From Candidatus Nanosynbacter lyticus (GTDB lineage: Bacteria > Patescibacteriota > Saccharimonadia > Saccharimonadales > Saccharimonadaceae): 32,000 nt of DNA. The notes beneath the pieces were generated by a model that saw only the letters and a list, made by a program, of their open reading frames with translations, was not told the DNA's origin and ran no database searches. The stretch's first letter is position 1; every line of letters begins with the position of its first letter. This document shows, in pieces, positions 27,030-32,000 of this stretch. Where the stretch lies: the NCBI RefSeq assembly GCF_000803625.1, contig NZ_CP007496.1:600001-632000 (forward strand), given 5' to 3'. Position numbers and translations under genes: made by a program.

Positions 27030-27833
27030 ATGGATAGCTATACGGTGGGCACTGTAGTCATCTTTTGTTCAATTACGTGGATTATCGCCAGTCCCCTTGT
27101 GATTTTTCATTATAGAAAATTATATCTCACAGCCTCTCGTGAGCTAGAAGAGTTAAGTCAGAAAAAGACAACCGCAGCAGACGCACAGTCAATCAAGAAA
27201 CCTATCTCGGAAAATGTACAGCTAGACAAGAAGCCCACTGCAGATGACATGTCTAATTCAGCCACATCGCCCAGCGACCATGAACTGCTCACCAAAATTC
27301 GCTCCATGTCACCGTATAATTTCGAAAAATACATCGCTCAATTATTTGAACATTTTGGCTATTCGGCTGCAACCACTCCGTATAAACGTGACGGTGGCAT
27401 TGATATTGTATTATACAAAAACGGCGTCCAGAGTTATGTCCAATGTAAAAAATATATCGAAAAAATTGTTAAAGTATCCGAAATGCGTGATTTTTATGGT
27501 GCGGTTGTTGATCATTTACATGGAGGTGAGGCATTCTTTGTCACTACAAACATCTTCTCCTCAGATGCACGAAAATTTGTGAAATATTCTACCAATGGCA
27601 ACAGAATACGACTTATTGATAACACGGGACTACTTACCATCATCCGCGCCCTTGAAGATAAAGGTGTCGTAATACCAATTCCTGATGTATCAGACATATC
27701 TCAAAAAATTAAACCATGCCCACGCTGTCGCGGCGGTCATCTGGTGATAAGACATAGCAAAAAAGATCGTTCGCCATTTTACGGATGCTCCAATTACCCT
27801 GAATGCCATTACATGCAAAAAATAGACTCTTAG
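27030..27833 (+). CDS. Mrr_cat-type restriction endonuclease-like protein with N-terminal TM and C-terminal topoisomerase-type zinc ribbon
   Basis: FEKYIAQLFEHFGYSAATTPYKRDGGIDIVLYKNGVQSYVQCKKY (PD-(D/E)xK-like), and CPRCRGGHLVIRHSKKDRSPFYGCSNYPEC. Confidence 0.87.
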   Translation: MDSYTVGTVVIFCSITWIIASPLVIFHYRKLYLTASRELEELSQKKTTAADAQSIKKPISENVQLDKKPTADDMSNSATSPSDHELLTKIRSMSPYNFEKYIAQLFEHFGYSAATTPYKRDGGIDIVLYKNGVQSYVQCKKYIEKIVKVSEMRDFYGAVVDHLHGGEAFFVTTNIFSSDARKFVKYSTNGNRIRLIDNTGLLTIIRALEDKGVVIPIPDVSDISQKIKPCPRCRGGHLVIRHSKKDRSPFYGCSNYPECHYMQKIDS

Positions 27834-28837
27834 CTCTTTAAGTCGTCAGTGTTGCGATTTTTATGCTCAATAACCTTACGGAGTTCTTCATCAGAGTCAA
27901 ATTCATTATCTATCTTACGACCCAGCAACTCCTCCATAACATCGCCCAGACTCAGTAAACCCACCGTTTCTCGGATCTCATTAATAACAATAAAAAGATG
28001 ATGCTGAGTTTTTAAGAATGCAGCCAAAGCGTACGATAGAGTCTGATCTTTATCTATATAGTAAATATCTCTACTCATAACTTTTTCTGCACGATAAGAT
28101 TTTGACTTGCAGTCAATGGTTAACAAATCTTGAATCCTTAACATGCCAACTATATGATCAATATCACCTTGGATAACCGGAAACCGGCTATGGCCTTTTT
28201 TATGAAGATCGTCTAAGACTAATGGCCCAAGAAACTCATCCACCGACACCGCCTCGATCATACTTCGTGGCGTCATCACACTCTCAACTATCATATCGTT
28301 AAATTTTAGCCCACTATTAATTAGCTTCTTTTCGTTAGCAGAGAAAACTCTACTCGACCGAGCAACTATCTCCAATAGCTCATCCTTCGATTCAACTACA
28401 CGACTATCATTTACCGTTGGCGAAACCGAACGAATTAGCGAAAACAATAATTGATGACGTTCAATAATCGTTAAGATTTGCTCTTCATATTTTTCATATA
28501 ACTGCTGTGAATATTTTTGCCACAAACGGATCCGCGCCACTGCACCGATTTCAAGAGCAATTATCATTGATGATATGAGTCCAATTGTCCAGTGAAATAA
28601 ATTGACACTAATAACTGTTAAAATAACCAGCAGTAAAGACGCCAGTACTCGTTGCAAAGAAATTATATCGTATAAGAATTTTTGCTGGCGCAAATAAATA
28701 TCGGCCTTTTTATCACCCTTTTTACTTCGACGTTGCAATTCAAATTGACTATGCGACGGCGCATTTGGTCGGATTCCCAGCACAATCAACAACGCCGCTA
28801 AAACAGCTAAATATCCAATAATTAGCATTATCATCAT
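27830..28837 (-). CDS. CBS-domain membrane protein (CNNM/CorC-HlyC-like)
   Basis: Hydrophobic N-terminus plus VMTPRSMIEAVSVDE...HSRFPVIQGDIDHIVGMLRIQDLL and VMSRDIYYIDKDQTLSYAL...VGLLSLGDVMEELLGRKI. Confidence 0.85.
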   Translation of the reverse strand: MMIMLIIGYLAVLAALLIVLGIRPNAPSHSQFELQRRSKKGDKKADIYLRQQKFLYDIISLQRVLASLLLVILTVISVNLFHWTIGLISSMIIALEIGAVARIRLWQKYSQQLYEKYEEQILTIIERHQLLFSLIRSVSPTVNDSRVVESKDELLEIVARSSRVFSANEKKLINSGLKFNDMIVESVMTPRSMIEAVSVDEFLGPLVLDDLHKKGHSRFPVIQGDIDHIVGMLRIQDLLTIDCKSKSYRAEKVMSRDIYYIDKDQTLSYALAAFLKTQHHLFIVINEIRETVGLLSLGDVMEELLGRKIDNEFDSDEELRKVIEHKNRNTDDLKS

Positions 28838-28890
28838 AGTTTTATTGTACCGTATTTCGTGCTATACTTGCTAGAGTAAACGGAGGTAAA

Positions 28891-29583
28891 ATGAACAAGA
28901 AAAGCTGGATAATTTTCTCAATTATTGTAATAGCAATTGTTGGCGGAATGATTTATATTTCAACACAAAATCGACTCAATGTGAGCGATATCACAAACGA
29001 TCAGTTGAACACAGCAATAGCCGCAGAGTCCCGAAACGGCAACATTGCCGACCATGAAATTGGCAGTAAGAACGCTAAGGTGACTATTGTTGAGTACGCG
29101 GACTATCAATGTCCTGGCTGTAGCGCTGCTGCACCAAAAACTGAAGAAATTGCAAAAAAATACAAGGATAATGTAAGGCTTATCTTCCGCAATTTCCCAA
29201 TTGCTGGCTCACACCCAAATGCACGCGCTGCCGCAGCCGTCGCTGAAGCCGCTGGACTGCAAGGAAAATTCTGGGAGATGAATAGTCTCTTATACTCTAG
29301 CCAGGACGCCTGGAAGAATGCCAGTGCCACAGAGCGCGACACGATATTTAGGTCATATGCAGAAAAACTAAACCTCAACATTGATCAGTATAAAATCGAT
29401 GTTGCCAGTAGCAAGGTTAAGAATAAGATTGACTTTGATATGGCGTTGGGACGCAAACATGGTGTTGCCGCCACTCCAACCTTCTATGTCAATGGAAAAA
29501 ACACTGAAATGGATAGCTCGGGCTCAATTGAATCATCAGTAAAAGAAGCGCTTAAAAAGGCTGGCGTAGAAATAAAAGATTAA
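28891..29583 (+). CDS. DsbA-like thioredoxin-fold membrane-anchored oxidoreductase
   Basis: N-terminal TM anchor, VEYADYQCPGCSAAAPKTEEIAKKY, GVAATPTFYVNGK; CPGC active site; GGAGG Shine-Dalgarno. Confidence 0.92.
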   Translation: MNKKSWIIFSIIVIAIVGGMIYISTQNRLNVSDITNDQLNTAIAAESRNGNIADHEIGSKNAKVTIVEYADYQCPGCSAAAPKTEEIAKKYKDNVRLIFRNFPIAGSHPNARAAAAVAEAAGLQGKFWEMNSLLYSSQDAWKNASATERDTIFRSYAEKLNLNIDQYKIDVASSKVKNKIDFDMALGRKHGVAATPTFYVNGKNTEMDSSGSIESSVKEALKKAGVEIKD

Positions 29584-29603
29584 TATTATTTGACGAAAAG
29601 CCA

Positions 29604-29635
29604 AAATCCCGCTCCGGTGCCTTGGAGCGGGATTT
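29604..29635 (+). terminator. Intrinsic terminator after the DsbA-like gene
   Basis: AAATCCCGCTCC-GGTGCCTT-GGAGCGGGATTT, 12 bp perfect stem. Confidence 0.85.
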
Positions 29636-29936
29636 ATTTATAGTCGTCCCTATTCTATTATGAGAGCGACTGCACTTTTTATTGTGCTATGTATGTTTGC
29701 CATTCGGCAGGCACCACATCCACCGCGATCTTTTTGCGCCGGGATGGCACAAACTTGATTGCTATTGGCATGTGTTTTGCACTCCTTATTATTATGTGCA
29801 GCCCCACGCGCTTCGACCTTTATCACTTATATATATCAGCAATTTAATGCTTCGGCGCGAGACACATCAACAATGGTACCAAACGTCTATTGGCACGTCA
29901 AGCAAAAACATTTTAAAATGCCTACTTATTTATATA

Positions 29937-30857
29937 TTAGAATAAGCGAATTCGCTTGGCAATAACCATAACAAGTAAAATCAACAACGCTGTAAAACTG
30001 GTAATTACTGGATATGCCCAAGGCTCCCCCTGAAACGGCAAGGCAATATTCATTCCATACATACCATAAAAGACATTCGGAATTGCCAGCAAAATAGTAA
30101 TAGCTGTTAAAACTTTCATCCGCTGATTCAAAGTATTATTAGCCACGGTCGAATAGGCATTTTGAATACTTGATATGGTGTGTGCACTGGAGCTAATTGC
30201 TACTAAAATCTGCTTGATATGTAAATCAATATCCGCCAGCGCTTCTAAATCTCGTGTTTTAAACAAATGACGGCGATTCTCCATCAGTTGCGCAATAACA
30301 TGAGATATTCCCTCCAGGCTGCTTTGATACTCATTAAGTGTATCTTCAATTGCTACAAATTTAATAAAATCAGCATTCTCCACCTCGCGACGACTTAGAC
30401 GCCGCCGAGCATCAGCAATCTTCTCCGTTAACAAATGCACACGTTGTTCGTATTGAGCAATAATATATGCTAGATTTGCAGCAAAAATTCCCGCTGGCCG
30501 CTCAGTGGTGCTAAATAAATAATCACTAATTTCTAGAGGCGAGAATTTAGCATACGGCGATATTGTAATATAATGACCGCCCGAAATCGCAATTAAAAAT
30601 GGCACCGTTTTGCCAGAATCAGTTCTCCCAAACGGCATGCGCGTAAAGACATATTCAACACCATCAGAGAATTCTGCTCGAGGAAGTTCATGAATATCAA
30701 GCACATCACGCACTACATTCGTAGACAGCGATAAAGCCTTAGATACACGAACAGCATCAAAACTACCGCCCAAGTGAATCCAGCCATTTTTATGCATTCG
30801 ATTAACTTGCGTCAGCTTCTCGGTCAGTGATCTGCGCTCAAAATAACCCACCACCAT
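29937..30857 (-). CDS. CorA-family divalent cation transporter (paralog 2)
   Basis: C-terminal MKVLTAITILLAIPNVFYGMYGMNIALPFQG with GMN motif and two TM. Confidence 0.92.
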   Translation of the reverse strand: MVVGYFERRSLTEKLTQVNRMHKNGWIHLGGSFDAVRVSKALSLSTNVVRDVLDIHELPRAEFSDGVEYVFTRMPFGRTDSGKTVPFLIAISGGHYITISPYAKFSPLEISDYLFSTTERPAGIFAANLAYIIAQYEQRVHLLTEKIADARRRLSRREVENADFIKFVAIEDTLNEYQSSLEGISHVIAQLMENRRHLFKTRDLEALADIDLHIKQILVAISSSAHTISSIQNAYSTVANNTLNQRMKVLTAITILLAIPNVFYGMYGMNIALPFQGEPWAYPVITSFTALLILLVMVIAKRIRLF

Positions 30858-30916
30858 GAAAAAATTATAATATACATAAGCTATATTAGCAATTTAGACT
30901 CGAGGTGACGCCCGCG

Positions 30917-31831
30917 CTACCTACGCCTTAAGAAATAATATCCCACAACAACAGCCAGAGCCATACTAATTGCGGCAATAATCCAAAACATCACTGGATT
31001 ATCAGCTCCTGGAACTGGCACGTTCATGCCGTATAAGCCAGCAATCATCATCGGGATAGTCAAAGCTACCGTAATTACCGTTAGAAGACGAATCGTCTCA
31101 TTAAGTCGCGTGTCCATCACTGCTCGGTAGCTATCGCGAACATTTGTAATAGTCCTCAATAAACTTTTACATCGCGCAATTACCTGCTCTAAATCAATCG
31201 AAATATCTTCAACATCTTCCTTATCATCTTCCTTCAGACGCAGTTTTTGGGTTGCTAAAAGGCGCTCGATTGCCCAGTTCATCGGAATGAGAGCGTCTAA
31301 ATAATCGTTCAATTTGCGTTCATATTCAGCCAACGTCGCAATATCATTAACTCTCAATGTATGAATATTATCCGTAGCAGCACGCATTTGACGGTTAATC
31401 GTTGCCACCCGCCTCTGGTATTGAGTTGAAATTGCTTCAACCATAGTAACCAGAAGTTCAATTTGCCGATCAGTTCTAATTCGCGTCTTATCAATAAATG
31501 GCTGCCATAAACGCCCCAAGCTATCCCGCGATAATGTCACAAGATAATCTTTATTCAGACAAAATAATATTGGCGTGGTAAAATCATTAAAATCATCATC
31601 TGTATCTGGTAGACGGGCAATTAGATACGTCCAGTCATTATCAAATTCAATACGCGGCACCTCGTGTGGATCAAGCGCATCACTAATTAAATCCTCGTCC
31701 AGACCTAACGTCAATAGCTGAGCCACCTCCTCATCGCTCGGACGCTCACAGCGCACCCAAGAACCTGTACGCAATTTTTCTTGCGTACTAATCACCGAGT
31801 CGTTACTTGACGAGCGAAGATACTGTAACAT
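30917..31831 (-). CDS. CorA-family divalent cation transporter (paralog 1)
   Basis: IRLLTVITVALTIPMMIAGLYGMNVPVPGADNP with GMN motif; start at MLQYLRSSS preferred over 31867. Confidence 0.92.
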   Translation of the reverse strand: MLQYLRSSSNDSVISTQEKLRTGSWVRCERPSDEEVAQLLTLGLDEDLISDALDPHEVPRIEFDNDWTYLIARLPDTDDDFNDFTTPILFCLNKDYLVTLSRDSLGRLWQPFIDKTRIRTDRQIELLVTMVEAISTQYQRRVATINRQMRAATDNIHTLRVNDIATLAEYERKLNDYLDALIPMNWAIERLLATQKLRLKEDDKEDVEDISIDLEQVIARCKSLLRTITNVRDSYRAVMDTRLNETIRLLTVITVALTIPMMIAGLYGMNVPVPGADNPVMFWIIAAISMALAVVVGYYFLRRR

Positions 31832-31866
31832 AATTTCTATATTATAAAATAAAATATCTATAAACA

Positions 31867-31900
31867 CAAGAAAACCTGCCCTATCGACAGGAATTTCTTG
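31867..31900. terminator. Bidirectional terminator-like hairpin
   Basis: CAAGAAAaCCTG-CCCTATCGA-CAGGaaTTTCTTG. Confidence 0.65.
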
Positions 31901-31909
31901 TGTGCATTA

Positions 31910-32000
31910 TTACGATTTAATTATCGTTCCAGCTGAGCCGTTGATTGCTTCAGCAGTTTTATCTAACGAGGTAATAATTGACGTGCGGCCCGGCTTGCCA
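31910..32000 (-). CDS. 3' end of a CDS continuing past the window, possibly carbamate kinase
   Basis: Minus-strand C-terminus ...GKPGRTSIITSLDKTAEAINGSAGTIIKS*. It resembles the IITSL...A.AGTxI tail of carbamate kinases, but only 29 residues are visible. Confidence 0.4.
   Translation of the reverse strand, partial: GKPGRTSIITSLDKTAEAINGSAGTIIKS

Noticed and set aside
29682-29965. Overlapping ORFs of 87 and 68 aa between the DsbA-like gene and corA
   Set aside because: No RBS, no recognisable family, Cys/His/Tyr-rich composition typical of random frames. The region may hold a remnant, but I cannot support a gene.
1-32000. CRISPR array, transposase, integrase, prophage or toxin-antitoxin pair
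   Set aside because: No regularly spaced repeats, no recognisable Cas, recombinase, phage or paired TA proteins on either strand.

Overview
This window looks like chromosome from a Candidatus Saccharibacteria/TM7-type (CPR) bacterium. That is inferred from gene content and small genes; I ran no phylogeny. It is mostly housekeeping sequence: a 3' SOD fragment, hrcA-grpE/dnaK with three CIRCE operators, a guanylate kinase, lepA, murJ, ftsH, tilS, three CAU-anticodon tRNAs, a DivIC/FtsL-like gene, murC, a MazG-like gene, trmB, an MscS-like channel, a GH5 glucanase, aspS, an Mrr-like nuclease, a CBS protein, a DsbA-like gene, two CorA paralogs and the 3' end of a possible carbamate kinase. I found no CRISPR array, transposase, prophage or multi-gene defence island. 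The best candidates for a second look are: (1) lepA/EF4 is split cleanly between domain II and the C-terminal domains by about 1 kb carrying an orphan ORF and a decayed MazG-like gene, and the C-terminal half has its own extended -10 promoter; (2) a three-gene operon of a membrane protein, a stand-alone ATP-cone protein and a pyridine-nucleotide-disulfide-oxidoreductase homolog that has lost both redox cysteines and the catalytic His; (3) a recurrent (TGN)TATAAT-N6/7-ATG architecture without Shine-Dalgarno at about ten genes, implying leaderless mRNAs; (4) a triple CIRCE layout; (5) a ferritin-like VIT/CCC1 transporter gene broken by a +1 in an A7 tract and a TAG; (6) an EXG-like GH5 enzyme without a signal peptide; (7) a membrane-anchored Mrr-type nuclease with a zinc ribbon.
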